NCBI GenBank assembly: GCA_963755915.1
Contig: CAVWLP010000002.1
Coordinates: forward strand, 2,016,001 to 2,080,000
Origin: an uncultured Phycisphaerales bacterium
GTDB lineage: Bacteria > Planctomycetota > Phycisphaerae > Tepidisphaerales > Tepidisphaeraceae
DNA length: 64,000 nucleotides
Reading direction: 5' to 3'
This document shows, one piece after another, positions 20,765-31,145 of this stretch. The translations under genes were made by a program, and so were the position numbers. Under the pieces are notes generated by a model. That model saw only the letters and a program-made list of their open reading frames with translations, had not been told where the DNA came from and searched no databases. Every line of letters starts with the position of its first letter. Position 1 is the first letter of the stretch.

Positions 20765-22300
20765 TCAATATGCCTGCGCGAATAACACCCGGCTGGTGGT
20801 CGGTTCGCCGGAAAAAATGCATTTCCCGCTCTGCCCGGCCTCGTCCGGCAGAATGCAGCGCACGGTGGCCTTGGTCTGCTCCTTGATCTTTGCCTCGGTC
20901 GCCCGGTCGGGCTTGAACCACGCCCGCACGAATCCGCCCTGCTCGGCGATTATCTTTTTCAGCTCGTCATAACTGCCGGCATCGCGGATGTTTTCGTCCC
21001 GGAATTTCCGCGCTTTCTCAAACATGATCGTCTGAATCTGCGACAGCCTCTCCTTTAGCCAGGCTGCGGAAATGTCTCCCAGTGCGACGGTCGTTTTTTC
21101 GCGGTCGAGCCGGCGCTTCACCACCATTACGCCCCCGGCGACATCGCGCGGGCCGATCTCGATGCGCAGGGGAACGCCGCGCTGTTCCCAGTGATATTGC
21201 TTGTCTCCAGGCCGCGCGTCCCGCCAGTCGACCAGGATCTTCTGCCCCTTCACCTTGTCGAAGAAGTAGCTGGAAATCCCATCGGCGGAAAGCCGCCCGG
21301 AAGCGGCCGCAAACTCTTCCGCCCCGGCCAGCGAGGTCACCACTTTTTCCGCGAATTCCGCGACCAGCTTGCGCTCCTCTTCGCTCTTGAAGATCGGGAC
21401 GATCGCGACCACCGTCGGCGCGGCGGCGGGGGGGATGACCAGCCCCTCGTCATCGCTGTGCATCATGATCATCGCACCGATAATCCGCGTGCTCATCCCC
21501 CAGCTTGTCGTAAAGGCAAACTGCGTTTTCTGATCCCGGCCCAAAAATTTGATGTCGAACGCCTTCGAGAAATTCTGCGCCATGAAATGGCTCGTGCCCG
21601 ACTGAAGGGCCTTCCCATCCTGCATCAGGGCCTCGATCGTGTAGGTCGATTCCGCGCCGGGGAATTTTTCCGCATCCGTCTTCTTCCCCTTCACTACCGG
21701 TATCGCCAGGAATTGCTCGGCAAAGTCTGCGTAAACATCCAGCATCCTCAGCGTTTCTTTCTGTGCCTCCTCGGCGGTTTCGTGCGCCGTGTGCCCCTCC
21801 TGCCACAAAAATTCCGCCGTCCGCAGGAACAGCCGCGTGCGCATCTCCCACCGCATCACGTTGCACCACTGGTTGATCAGCAGCGGCAGATCGCGATAGC
21901 TCTGCACCCACTGCGAGTACATATATCCGATCATCGTCTCGCTCGTCGGCCGGATGATCAGCGGCTCCTCGAGCTTCCCGCCCGGCTGAAGCCCCTTCTC
22001 CCCCTTCTCCAGCTTCGAATGCGTAACCACCGCGCATTCCATGGCAAACCCCTCCACGTGCTCCGCTTCCCTGGTGAGAAAACTCTGCGGAATCAGCAGC
22101 GGGAAATAGGCGTTCACGTGGCCCGTTTCCCGGAACCGCCGGTCGAGATCGCGCTGAATCGCCTCCCAGATGGCATATCCCTCCGGCCGGATCACCATCA
22201 TCCCGCGAACCGGGCTGTAATCCGCCATCTGGGCCGCTTTGATCACGTCGAGATACCACTGAGCGTAGTCTTCACTGCGAGGTTTGATGTTTTTGGCCAT
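20765..22300 (-). CDS. proS: Proline--tRNA ligase (archaeal/eukaryote-like type)
   Basis: DYSPVRG, EAEHVEGFA.E, RPTSET, RWEMRTRLFLRT.EFLWQEGHT, TSWGMSTR. Confidence 0.97.
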   Translation of the reverse strand: MAKNIKPRSEDYAQWYLDVIKAAQMADYSPVRGMMVIRPEGYAIWEAIQRDLDRRFRETGHVNAYFPLLIPQSFLTREAEHVEGFAMECAVVTHSKLEKGEKGLQPGGKLEEPLIIRPTSETMIGYMYSQWVQSYRDLPLLINQWCNVMRWEMRTRLFLRTAEFLWQEGHTAHETAEEAQKETLRMLDVYADFAEQFLAIPVVKGKKTDAEKFPGAESTYTIEALMQDGKALQSGTSHFMAQNFSKAFDIKFLGRDQKTQFAFTTSWGMSTRIIGAMIMMHSDDEGLVIPPAAAPTVVAIVPIFKSEEERKLVAEFAEKVVTSLAGAEEFAAASGRLSADGISSYFFDKVKGQKILVDWRDARPGDKQYHWEQRGVPLRIEIGPRDVAGGVMVVKRRLDREKTTVALGDISAAWLKERLSQIQTIMFEKARKFRDENIRDAGSYDELKKIIAEQGGFVRAWFKPDRATEAKIKEQTKATVRCILPDEAGQSGKCIFSGEPTTSRVLFAQAY

Positions 22301-22339
22301 GTCGTTTGAGAATAGCGGTTTTGCAGGTCGGAGTGGAAT

Positions 22340-22639
22340 CTATCCCGCTTTGCGAGTCCGCTTGGGCAATGGCTCCTCGTCGCTGCCAAGGTTCCATTCG
22401 TCGGGAGTAAAGGCAAGGAGCATTCCGACCATGGATTTGGCTTTATCGCCGAATTCGGCTTCGAGTGCGTCCCAGATCATTACCTGGCGCTTGAGATCGC
22501 GTTTGCCCTTGAAGGTTGCGGAGATTACATCGCCGATAATCCAACTGCCGGATTTCTCCAGCACAAACTGGGGATCGCGCAGTTTGAGTCGGCGCTTCAA
22601 TACCTCCGTCAGCCGTTTGGTCGTCAGTTTTGTTGCCAT
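22340..22639 (-). CDS. Hypothetical protein with BolA-like motif (putative HEPN partner)
   Basis: VISATFKGKRDLKRQVMIWDAL resembles BolA IVS..FEG....RH..VY.AL; overlaps HEPN gene. Confidence 0.65.
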   Translation of the reverse strand: MATKLTTKRLTEVLKRRLKLRDPQFVLEKSGSWIIGDVISATFKGKRDLKRQVMIWDALEAEFGDKAKSMVGMLLAFTPDEWNLGSDEEPLPKRTRKAG

Positions 22640-23091
22640 ATTGCCTCACATCGTCGAACAATTGTCCAGCTCGCGTTGCAAAAATCGGCCGCGGCTTTTT
22701 TCATCGTGCGCCGCTTGCCGTCGATTTCTCTGAGATTGTACCAGATCGATTCGATTTTCGAGTCAGACAGAAAACGCATATTGTTATTCCAAAGTCTGGC
22801 GACGATCTGGACTCTTCCCGCAATCGCCTCCCGAAGCTCCGACCCTCGCAAAATGCGTACGTCTCTCACGAGTTGAAGCATTTCGCGCAAATCATGGCCG
22901 GTGTCGAGCGTCTTTTTTCCTGTCTTGTATTCGGGATCGCCATGCCAGATCACCGCTCGCAGCATTCCCTCGACGGCCCGGCCCGCAAGATAAATCGCGC
23001 CTCCAAAGCGCTGCTGGCTCAAGAGTGCCAACGCATCATTGAGTCGATCGTATGCGCCTCTCCGGTAATCTTCGCCGCCGATTCCCGCCAT
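22624..23091 (-). CDS. HEPN domain protein
   Basis: RL.DA..LL...RF.GAIYLAG.AVE..L.A, GHDL, W....RF pattern. Confidence 0.75.
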   Translation of the reverse strand: MAGIGGEDYRRGAYDRLNDALALLSQQRFGGAIYLAGRAVEGMLRAVIWHGDPEYKTGKKTLDTGHDLREMLQLVRDVRILRGSELREAIAGRVQIVARLWNNNMRFLSDSKIESIWYNLREIDGKRRTMKKAAADFCNASWTIVRRCEAIWQQN

Positions 23092-23100
23092 TGCCTCGCC

Positions 23101-24356
23101 TCAATGCGGCATCGGAAATGCCTTGCAGAATTCCGCAACCTCGGTGCGGATTTTGGCGAGGGCGGAGGCGTCGTCCTTCCCCAAAAGCGCCCGGTCGATG
23201 AATGAGGCCACCGCAATTAAATCGTTTTCCTTCAACCCGCGCGTTGTTACGGCCGGCGTGCCCAGCCGGATTCCGCTGGTCACCTTAGCCGGTCGCGTAT
23301 CGTTGGGAACCCCGTTGAAATTCGCGATGATTCCGGCTTTCTCCAATGCCAGGGCCGCATCGACTCCGGTAAGACTTTCGCTCCGGGCACGCAGATCCAC
23401 CAGCATCAGATGGTTGTCGGTGCCTCCGCTGACAATTCGATACCCATGCTTCTGAAGCGCGGCCGCCAGCGACTTCGCATTCTTCACGATCTGCTGCGCG
23501 TAAGTCTTAAACGCCGGCTGAAGATCCTCCCCAAACGCCACTGCCTTTGCCGCGATGATGTGCATCAGCGGCCCCCCCTGCATCCCGGGGAAAACCGCCT
23601 TGTCGATTTTCTGCGCAATCTCCGCATCGTTGGTCATGATCATCCCCCGCGCGGCCCACGGAGCGTCTTGTGCGTCGTCGTCGTCACGATCTGGGCATGC
23701 GGAAACGGCGATGGATGCACGCCCGCCGCCACCAATCCGGCGATGTGGGCGATGTCCGCCATCACTACGGCCCCGCATTCATCCGCAATCGCACGGAATT
23801 TCGCGAAGTCGATGATCCGCGAATAAGCCGAATACCCGCACAAAAGCAGCCTGGGCTTGTGCTCGAGGCAGACTTTCCGCACCGCGTCATAGTCGATGCA
23901 CTCAAAATCTTTGCGACTCGAATCGTAAACCAAAGGATAGTGAACCGGGTTAAACCATTTCCCGCTCATGTTCACCTTGCGCCCGTGAGAAAGGTGCCCG
24001 CCATCCGCCAGAACCAGGCTGGCAAACGTATCCCCTGGATTCATCATGGCCAGAAAAACCGAGCCATTCGCCTGCGCGCCGCTGTGCGGCTGCACGTTGG
24101 CAAACTGGCACCCGAAGAGTTTCTTGGCCCGCTCAATGGCGATCATTTCGATCTGATCGTAGTTGCCGCACCCCTGGTAATAACGGGCGTTGGGGTATCC
24201 CTCAGCATATTTGTTGGTCAGCACGCTGCCGGCCGCTTCCATCACGGCCTTGGAAACGTGGTTCTCGCTGGCGATCAGCTCCAGCGTCGATTCCTGCCGG
24301 GCGGCTTCCTTGCGGATCAATTCGGCAATCTGCGGGTCGGTTTCAACGAGGTTCAT
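23101..24356 (-). CDS. glyA: Serine hydroxymethyltransferase, frameshift in G-run near 23645
   Basis: [61 protein letters not shown]. Confidence 0.97.
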
Positions 24357-24478
24357 GGTCAAACGCCTTTCGTCGGAAAGCGACCAATTCTAGCGTTTCG
24401 CCGCCGATTTGACACGGCCCTTGCCGGCCACTCACAAATCGCTATAATTAGTGTCCACTTACTTATCGGGAGGCCTTG

Positions 24479-25024
24479 ATGACGCGATACCGGACGCTTT
24501 TTGCCCTCGCCCTTGTCGCCGCCGGCCTGCTTTTTTTCGCCGGCTGCTACAACACCCAATATCCCCTGGGGTCCGCCGACAAGGCCTCCATCGATCCGGC
24601 CTACGTCGGCGATTACGCCCTGACCGAAAACAACCAGAACGAAACCATCGTCATCCGAAACCTGGACAACCACTCCTACTACGTCGAATACGACGAACCC
24701 GGCAAAGCCCCCCTCCGCATGGTCGGTTATACGGCCGAAGTGAACGGCGACACCTTTGCCAACCTGCGTTCGCTCACCGATGACGGATCCATCGACAACA
24801 CTTACCTGATCATGCGAATCGCGTTGTCCCCCGATCGCGGCAGGCTCTCCGTCCGAAACCTCAAGGACGACTTTTTCAAGGGTAAGACGATCAATTCATC
24901 CGACGATCTTCAGCAAATCATCGCGGCCAACCTGGATAACGACCTGATGTACGACGGCGCCGCCACCGACGCGATGCGCGTAACGCCACCCGCGAATCCC
25001 ACCACCGCGGGGTCTCATTTCTAG
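24479..25024 (+). CDS. Hypothetical lipoprotein
   Basis: Signal peptide with lipobox FAGC; SD GGGAGG; upstream TATAAT. Confidence 0.75.
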   Translation: MTRYRTLFALALVAAGLLFFAGCYNTQYPLGSADKASIDPAYVGDYALTENNQNETIVIRNLDNHSYYVEYDEPGKAPLRMVGYTAEVNGDTFANLRSLTDDGSIDNTYLIMRIALSPDRGRLSVRNLKDDFFKGKTINSSDDLQQIIAANLDNDLMYDGAATDAMRVTPPANPTTAGSHF

Positions 25025-25057
25025 ACGGAACAACGATTCAACGACACAAGAACTGCT

Positions 25058-25087
25058 GTTTAGCCGCGACCCAAAGGGGAGCGCTTT
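25058..25087 (+). repeat. TTTAGCCGC REP-like hairpin
   Basis: Family copies near 41722, 45760, 48110 and reversed near 16070-16093. Confidence 0.8.
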
Positions 25088-25120
25088 TGCAGCACCTGAC
25101 GAATCGGGTTGTGTCATCCG

Positions 25121-26473
25121 TTATACGCGGTGCTTCAGCCGCAGAGAATTCTCCACCGGCGGACGCCCGATCGGGTAATACTGAAACCCCGTCTCGCGCA
25201 TCACATCCCGATGCAGGCAGTTGCGCCCGTCGAAAATGATCGGGCTGTTCATCGTCGCCGCGATCTTCCGGAACGGCAGCGTGGTGTACTGCGGCCAGTC
25301 GGTCAGCAGCGCCACCGCATCCGTCCCGCTGGCGCAGGCCACCGGATCCGGGCTCCACTCCACTTCATCCTTGAAGATCTGCTTCATGTTCTCCATCCCC
25401 TTGGGGTCCGTGGCTTTCACGTGTGCCCCCTTGTCCAGCAGATATCGGATCACGTCCAGCGCCGCGGATTCGCGGATATCGTCGGTATCGGCCTTGAACG
25501 CCAATCCCCACACCGCGATCGTCGATCCCGCTATCGGCCTCCCCAGCTTGGCCTCGATCTTGTCGACGAAGCGCTTCTTCTGATTCTTGTTGACCGTCTG
25601 GACTGCATTAACGAACAGGCTTTCATGCCCGGCGGTTCGGGAAATGTGCTCCATCGCCGCCACGTCCTTGGGGAAGCATGACCCGCCGTAGCCGCACCCC
25701 GCCCGCAGGAACGCGGGGCCGATGCGGGCGTCGGACCCGATCCCCTTGCGGATGTCTTCGATGTCCGCGCCGTAGTGTTCGCAGAGGATGGTCATCTCGT
25801 TCATGAACGAGATGCGCGCCGCCAGCATGCTGTTGGCCGCATATTTGGTCAGCTCTGCAGACTCCCAGTTCATCGTGAAGAAGTTTTCCTCGGGCTTCAC
25901 GAGCGGATCGTAAAGCCGCCGCATCTGGCGAAACGCCTCTGGCGAATCCCCGCCGATGACGATCCGGTCGGGCTTCAGGCAGTCCTGCACGGCTGTCCCT
26001 TCCTTCAGGAACTCAGGATTGGAGACCACCTGCACGTACGCCTTGGTCTGCTGCTTGAGGAAATTGTAGAGCTTGCGGTTGGTTCCCGCGGGGACGGTGG
26101 ATTTCACCACAATCGTCACCATGTATTCGTTCTTGGTTTCCGCCAGGGCGTCGCAGACTTCCTTGCCGGCCTGTTCCAGGTAGCTCATATCGACGGTCCC
26201 GTCCGGCTTGGACGGCGTGCCGACCGCAAGGAACACCACCTCCGCGTCCTTCACAGCCGCCTTCACGCTGTCCGTGAATTGGAGCTGCCCCGATGCGAAG
26301 TTCTCCTGCATCAGTTCCTGAAGGCCCGGCTCGAAGATCGGACAATGTCCATCCAGAAGCGTCTTCAGCTTCTTCTTGTCCTTTTCGACCCCGCGAACAT
26401 TATGACCGATGCTGGCCAGGCATGTGCCGGTGACCAGACCAACATATCCGCACCCGATAACTGTTACGTCCAT
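25121..26473 (-). CDS. ugd: UDP-glucose 6-dehydrogenase
   Basis: VIGCGYVGL, AVGTP, KSTVP.GT, SNPEFLKEG, GYGGSCFPKD, GLAFK..TDDIRES. Confidence 0.93.
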   Translation of the reverse strand: MDVTVIGCGYVGLVTGTCLASIGHNVRGVEKDKKKLKTLLDGHCPIFEPGLQELMQENFASGQLQFTDSVKAAVKDAEVVFLAVGTPSKPDGTVDMSYLEQAGKEVCDALAETKNEYMVTIVVKSTVPAGTNRKLYNFLKQQTKAYVQVVSNPEFLKEGTAVQDCLKPDRIVIGGDSPEAFRQMRRLYDPLVKPEENFFTMNWESAELTKYAANSMLAARISFMNEMTILCEHYGADIEDIRKGIGSDARIGPAFLRAGCGYGGSCFPKDVAAMEHISRTAGHESLFVNAVQTVNKNQKKRFVDKIEAKLGRPIAGSTIAVWGLAFKADTDDIRESAALDVIRYLLDKGAHVKATDPKGMENMKQIFKDEVEWSPDPVACASGTDAVALLTDWPQYTTLPFRKIAATMNSPIIFDGRNCLHRDVMRETGFQYYPIGRPPVENSLRLKHRV

Positions 26474-26659
26474 GGGAAACTACCTCATCTTATGAAGCGC
26501 TGGGGGCTGTGAAGCCTTGCTCAATTATAGACCGCTACACATTACACCACTTTGGCGTCGTGACGTTACAAGAAATCGGACAGATGGCAAAGCATCTTAT
26601 TTCCATTTCTATCGAATTTTGGCGCGACCATTTGTCGCAACGGCTTTTGGGACGGGGCG

Positions 26660-28012
26660 TTATGGGACGGGTTGATTTTCGTCGGCAGGATTTGGCTGAG
26701 CCTCTGGCTGGGGCGAGGCTTGCGCGACGGGCGGCTGAATCTCCAGCACATCGCGCGATTGCAGGCTGCTCGGGGCGGCAGGCGCCATCGCATCGGTGGA
26801 GCTCAATGATTTGGGCGTCACCACCCGTGGTTTCTCGTCAACCAGTCCCATTTTGTAGGCGGCAACGATCATCGAACCGAAGATCACCAGGTAAAACGCC
26901 ACCGCATAGCGAACCCGCATATAGGCGATCATGATCCCCAGCAGGCAGAATCCGAACGCCAGCGCGTAGCTGATCAGCACCGTTTGCCGGATTGTGAAAC
27001 CCCGCTCCACAAGCTGGTGGTGAAAATGGTGCCGATCGGCGCTGAAAAGCGGACGCTTGTTCACCCATCTGCGCACAAACGCCAGCGCCGTATCCATGAT
27101 CGGCAGGGCAAACATCACCAACGCCGAGAGCAGCCACTTGGAGTTCTCCCCTGCCAGAACAATGATCAGTGTGGCGCAGGAGTAACCCAGGAACATACTG
27201 CCGGTGTCGCCCATGAAAATGGAAGCGGGGTTGAAGTTGTAGGGGACAAAACCCAGGATCGCTCCCAGCAGGGACAGGGCCAGGACGATGCGGACCGGGT
27301 CCCAGTTGGAATCCAGTTCATCCACGGCAAGCCGCACCGCCAGAAACAAAAATCCGCTGGCGATCACCGCCGTCACGCCGCCGGCGAGCCCGTCGAGGCC
27401 GTCCAGTAGATTCGTGGCATTGCAGCACCCAACGACCAGGATCACCACGAACCCCGAGCTTGAAACGGCCGTCACCCAGTGCGGAATGGCGAAGCTCGCG
27501 CCCAGGGCATTTTGCATGCGAATGCTCAGCGGATCGATGAGCGGCCCCAGGCACGCCGTTCCCACCCCGCCCTGAAGCAAAATAATCGCCGCGAAGAGCT
27601 GGCCCACGATCTTGTCTCGAGGTTTGATGTGTTTCACGTCGTCGAGCAGCCCCAGGGCAACGATCAGCATCGCCCCGATCACGATGTTGAGCTTTACCTG
27701 CAGATTGGGCGATCCGATTTCGTCCGCCGGGAGGTGCAACTGGCTCATCGCCAGGCCGGCCAGCCAGCCGATGAAAACCGCCACGCCCCCGAGATATGCC
27801 ACCGGCGCCGAATGCAGTTTTCGCACCCGGTCCGGCTGATCGATGATGCCGTAGTAAATCGCGACCTGCCGCATGATCGGTGTGAAAATAAAACTGACAA
27901 TGAACGCGGCGTAAAAAACGTAGATGTGCGGCGAGAGGACCGTGTCCCAGCCTAGCGCCGGCGCCGTTGTCGCGGAGGGAATCGTCGTTGTAAGCTGCGC
28001 GAGGCTAAACAT
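26660..28012 (-). CDS. Undecaprenyl-phosphate GlcNAc-1-phosphate transferase (WecA/MraY family)
   Basis: RKLH..P..LGG, GLLDD, NATNLLDGLDGLA, PASIFMGDTGS, DRHHFHH. Confidence 0.9.
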   Translation of the reverse strand: MFSLAQLTTTIPSATTAPALGWDTVLSPHIYVFYAAFIVSFIFTPIMRQVAIYYGIIDQPDRVRKLHSAPVAYLGGVAVFIGWLAGLAMSQLHLPADEIGSPNLQVKLNIVIGAMLIVALGLLDDVKHIKPRDKIVGQLFAAIILLQGGVGTACLGPLIDPLSIRMQNALGASFAIPHWVTAVSSSGFVVILVVGCCNATNLLDGLDGLAGGVTAVIASGFLFLAVRLAVDELDSNWDPVRIVLALSLLGAILGFVPYNFNPASIFMGDTGSMFLGYSCATLIIVLAGENSKWLLSALVMFALPIMDTALAFVRRWVNKRPLFSADRHHFHHQLVERGFTIRQTVLISYALAFGFCLLGIMIAYMRVRYAVAFYLVIFGSMIVAAYKMGLVDEKPRVVTPKSLSSTDAMAPAAPSSLQSRDVLEIQPPVAQASPQPEAQPNPADENQPVP

Positions 28013-28156
28013 TTGGTCGTTGCCGATCCTCCGATTTGCCCGCGTACATTATCGTCGGCAGGGGGGAGGAGGCAACACGGACGGACCAGGAGCAATATTT
28101 CGTCCCGTCCCAATAATCAATCGCGAAAATCACCGGGTCGGCAGGACGCCAAAATA

Positions 28157-28186
28157 ATGCCGGCCGCGGTTATCCGCGGCCGGCAT
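28157..28186 (-). terminator. GC-rich hairpin, probable intrinsic terminator
   Basis: ATGCCGGCCGCGG-TTAT-CCGCGGCCGGCAT followed by TATTTT on the - strand. Confidence 0.55.
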
Positions 28187-28489
28187 CGCCAGAAAGTGGG
28201 AAGGGGAGCGTCGCGTCAGGCCCGGCAAACCGCCTGTTGGTGGGCGTTGTTTGCCGTTGCGTGTTGCCTGACAACCATCATGTACGATTCAATATTCCAG
28301 CGAGCAAATCCACGCCTCGTTTTTTTCGGTTCCAAATCCAATGGCCGATAATTGACGTGCACGGGGCGACGCAGTCCGCATAACACTTTCCAAATGAGAC
28401 ACCACGACTCAAAGCCATCCCCTCTCCCCGTGTAGCCGCCCCCGCTTGCGGGGCGCGTCTTTCGATCTCCACAAACCGTCTTCCCCACT

Positions 28490-29626
28490 TTACGTCTTCA
28501 CCCGCGACATCAGATAAACCGAAAGCGGCCCGAAAATGAAAATCGGCACCCACGCCATCAGCGCCGGCCAAAGGTTCAATAACTCAGGCGATGGCGGACT
28601 CGCCGCCATCTGATAAGTCACGAACACGCTCCCCAAACACGCCCCCGACAGAAGCAGGCATTTGAACGTCGCCGCCTTCAGCCGGCCCGGTTCGCGCGTC
28701 AGCACCGTCGAGATCGCCAGCAGCAGCAGAAAAACATTCAGCAGCCACTGTGCCACGCGCAAATGCTTGGCCCGAAGCAGGTCCAGCGTTCCATATCGAT
28801 TGAGGCTCAGGAGCTGATTGATCTTCGCCAGCGGCAAAAGCTGAATGTAATCCTTCCCCAGGTTCAGCGTGATTTCATCGGGCGTCATCGGGCTCGCATA
28901 CCACGCGATCGGCGTCGCCTGGGCCAGCGTCACCTGCTCCTGCGGCGGTGCGATCGGCACCGAAAAACCGTTCCTCAAATCCCAGCGTCTTTCCCGCCCG
29001 TCCCAAAACGCTTCATCCGCGTAAACGTGCAACGTCGGACGCAGATTCGCATCCCGCTCGATCACATCAAAATATTCAATGTGCGCGGGATTGCCCGGCG
29101 TGGGCGGCGCATACCGGGCCGCGTTAAATAGCCCCCCGTGCGGGTCCTCTGTCAGGTCCACCGGAAACATCTTCAGCGTCGAGCGGTGTACGTCGCCGTG
29201 GTCGCGCATCAGCTTGGGGATCATGTCGGGAATCACGACTTCCTGATCGAGCGGCAGGAGAATCACATTCAGCACCACCCCCGCGAGAATCACCGGCATC
29301 GCCACGCGGACCAGCGGCGTCCCCGCCGCCAGCAGCGCCGTCATCTCGTTAAATCGGCTCAGACGCATAATCGTGAACGCCGCCGCCACCACCGCGATCA
29401 TTCCCGAAAGCTGCACAAAGAAAAAAAACGCCTTGTAAAAATAAAAGTCCATGATGTCGCGCATGATCTTCCACTCCGACATCGGCTGCATCGTCGGCAA
29501 CTGCTGCGTCAGGTTCCCGAAGTTGAAGACCATATCCAGCGCGACGTACATCCCCACCAGCACCATCAGGCTGATCAGATAGTTCTTGACGAAAATGCCC
29601 AGCACATAGCGGTCGATGATCTTCAT
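28490..29626 (-). CDS. LptF/LptG family LPS export permease
   Basis: MKIIDRYV, LSRFNEMTALLAAG, WVPIFIF; TM-periplasmic-TM layout. Confidence 0.85.
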   Translation of the reverse strand: MKIIDRYVLGIFVKNYLISLMVLVGMYVALDMVFNFGNLTQQLPTMQPMSEWKIMRDIMDFYFYKAFFFFVQLSGMIAVVAAAFTIMRLSRFNEMTALLAAGTPLVRVAMPVILAGVVLNVILLPLDQEVVIPDMIPKLMRDHGDVHRSTLKMFPVDLTEDPHGGLFNAARYAPPTPGNPAHIEYFDVIERDANLRPTLHVYADEAFWDGRERRWDLRNGFSVPIAPPQEQVTLAQATPIAWYASPMTPDEITLNLGKDYIQLLPLAKINQLLSLNRYGTLDLLRAKHLRVAQWLLNVFLLLLAISTVLTREPGRLKAATFKCLLLSGACLGSVFVTYQMAASPPSPELLNLWPALMAWVPIFIFGPLSVYLMSRVKT

Positions 29627-31145
29627 TTGACTTGCGCGACTTCGATCAGGCTCCGGCGAATCAGCCGGGAATCCTTGTATTGAATGCAGTCCGTGAAATC
29701 GGAGTAGATATATCCCTCGCCGAAAACGTGCCACGTCGGCGGGGGATCAAAATTCTTGGGAAGACGGTGAACCAGAACCAGCCGATCGGGAGTCCTCGTC
29801 CACGGTGGCGAGATGAAATCAAACTCCGTCATCCGCGACGAATCCGGCAGAATGCGCACATCCGCATCCCCCGGCAGATAAAACGAAAGCTCCGAGGCGT
29901 ATTCATAATCCGTCGTCACGACCATGCAATTCCGCCGCAAGGGTTCCACCTGCTGCTGGGCCAGCTCGCGCCAGCCGTAGAGATTGTCCCACTGCGGGCT
30001 GCCGGCGCTTGGAGAGACTCTCCAGACAATCTGGGCGCGTGCATGACAACGGTAAAGATCGCCGCCGTGGTGACCGCAGCCCCTGCCCACACAAATCGCC
30101 CCGGCCCCGGTTTCTCCCCGAGATATCTTGCGAAAAGCATGACCGCCGGAAAGTAGGCGAACATCGGCCAGTTTCCTTCCGGCCGATGCCGGATCGCCGT
30201 CACCGCGAAGAAAACCAGCGGCGTAATGGCCGCGAAGAGCAGCACGCGGACCCCCATCGGATTATCTTTTCGCCGCCAGTAAATCATGATCGCCGCGATG
30301 CACAGCACGAAGAGCACGGGCGTGCAAACCAGAAGCTGACTTCCCGCGTATTCGAGCAGATTTTTCCAAACCGGCGACGCCAGCGCCACCGTGCCGTGGT
30401 GAAGCTGAAACCGAAACGAAACCCAATCGCGCTGCCTGTTCCAGATGAGCACCGGCGAAAAGACCGCCACCGCCGCCGCGGCCGCGAGCCAAGGCCCCGG
30501 CGACAAAAACATCCGCCGGCCTTGGGCAGACGAAATCATCGCCAGCGCCACCGCCAGCCCCAGAAGCACGCTCGTATATTTCGAATCCAGCGCCAACCCC
30601 ATGAACGCGCCAAACAGCAGCCAGTGCCACATTCGCCCGCGCGGCTCCAGCGCCTTCATCGCCGCCACCATCGCCGCCGCCTGAAAAAAGCAGGCCGGAG
30701 CATCCGGCGTCATGATCGACCCCGTCACCGCCACCATCGGGCTAAGCAGCAGCGCCACCGGCACAAAAGCCAGTGCCCGCGCATCCGCGACAACCTGCCT
30801 GGAAGCCAGCGTCACAATCAACACCGTCCCCGCGGTAACGATCCCCGCCGGCCAGCGCACCCCCAGCTCCGTATTTCCCATCAGCGCGGTTCCGAGCCGA
30901 ATCAGATACGCCACCATCGGCGGATGATCGAGATAGCTCAACGCCAAATGCTGCGACCAGACCCAGTAATATGCCTCATCCGGCACGAGGTTCCAAAGCG
31001 AATCAAACGCCCACCGGCTCAGCAGCCAGACGAGGAAAAGCGCCGCCATCCCGCGCGGCGAAAACGCGATCCACGAACGCTGCTGTGGCGCCGTATTCAG
31101 CTCGATCGAGCTTGAGGGCGAACTTGCCGGCGTCGAAGCGCTCAT
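29623..31145 (-). CDS. GT39/ArnT-like glycosyltransferase, frameshift near 30025
   Basis: DEAYYWVWS.HLALSYLDHPP, TPDAP, SKYT, FSPVLIWN...W.SFRFQ; YGW..LA, ASELSFY in shifted frame. Confidence 0.85.

Noticed and set aside
24357-24470. ZTP or glycine riboswitch upstream of glyA
   Set aside because: No conserved aptamer motifs; only a short hairpin and divergent promoters.
28216-28281. tmRNA tag-like ORF (ANNAHQQAVCRA)
   Set aside because: No tRNA-like termini or T-arm; may be a small ORF but unsupported.
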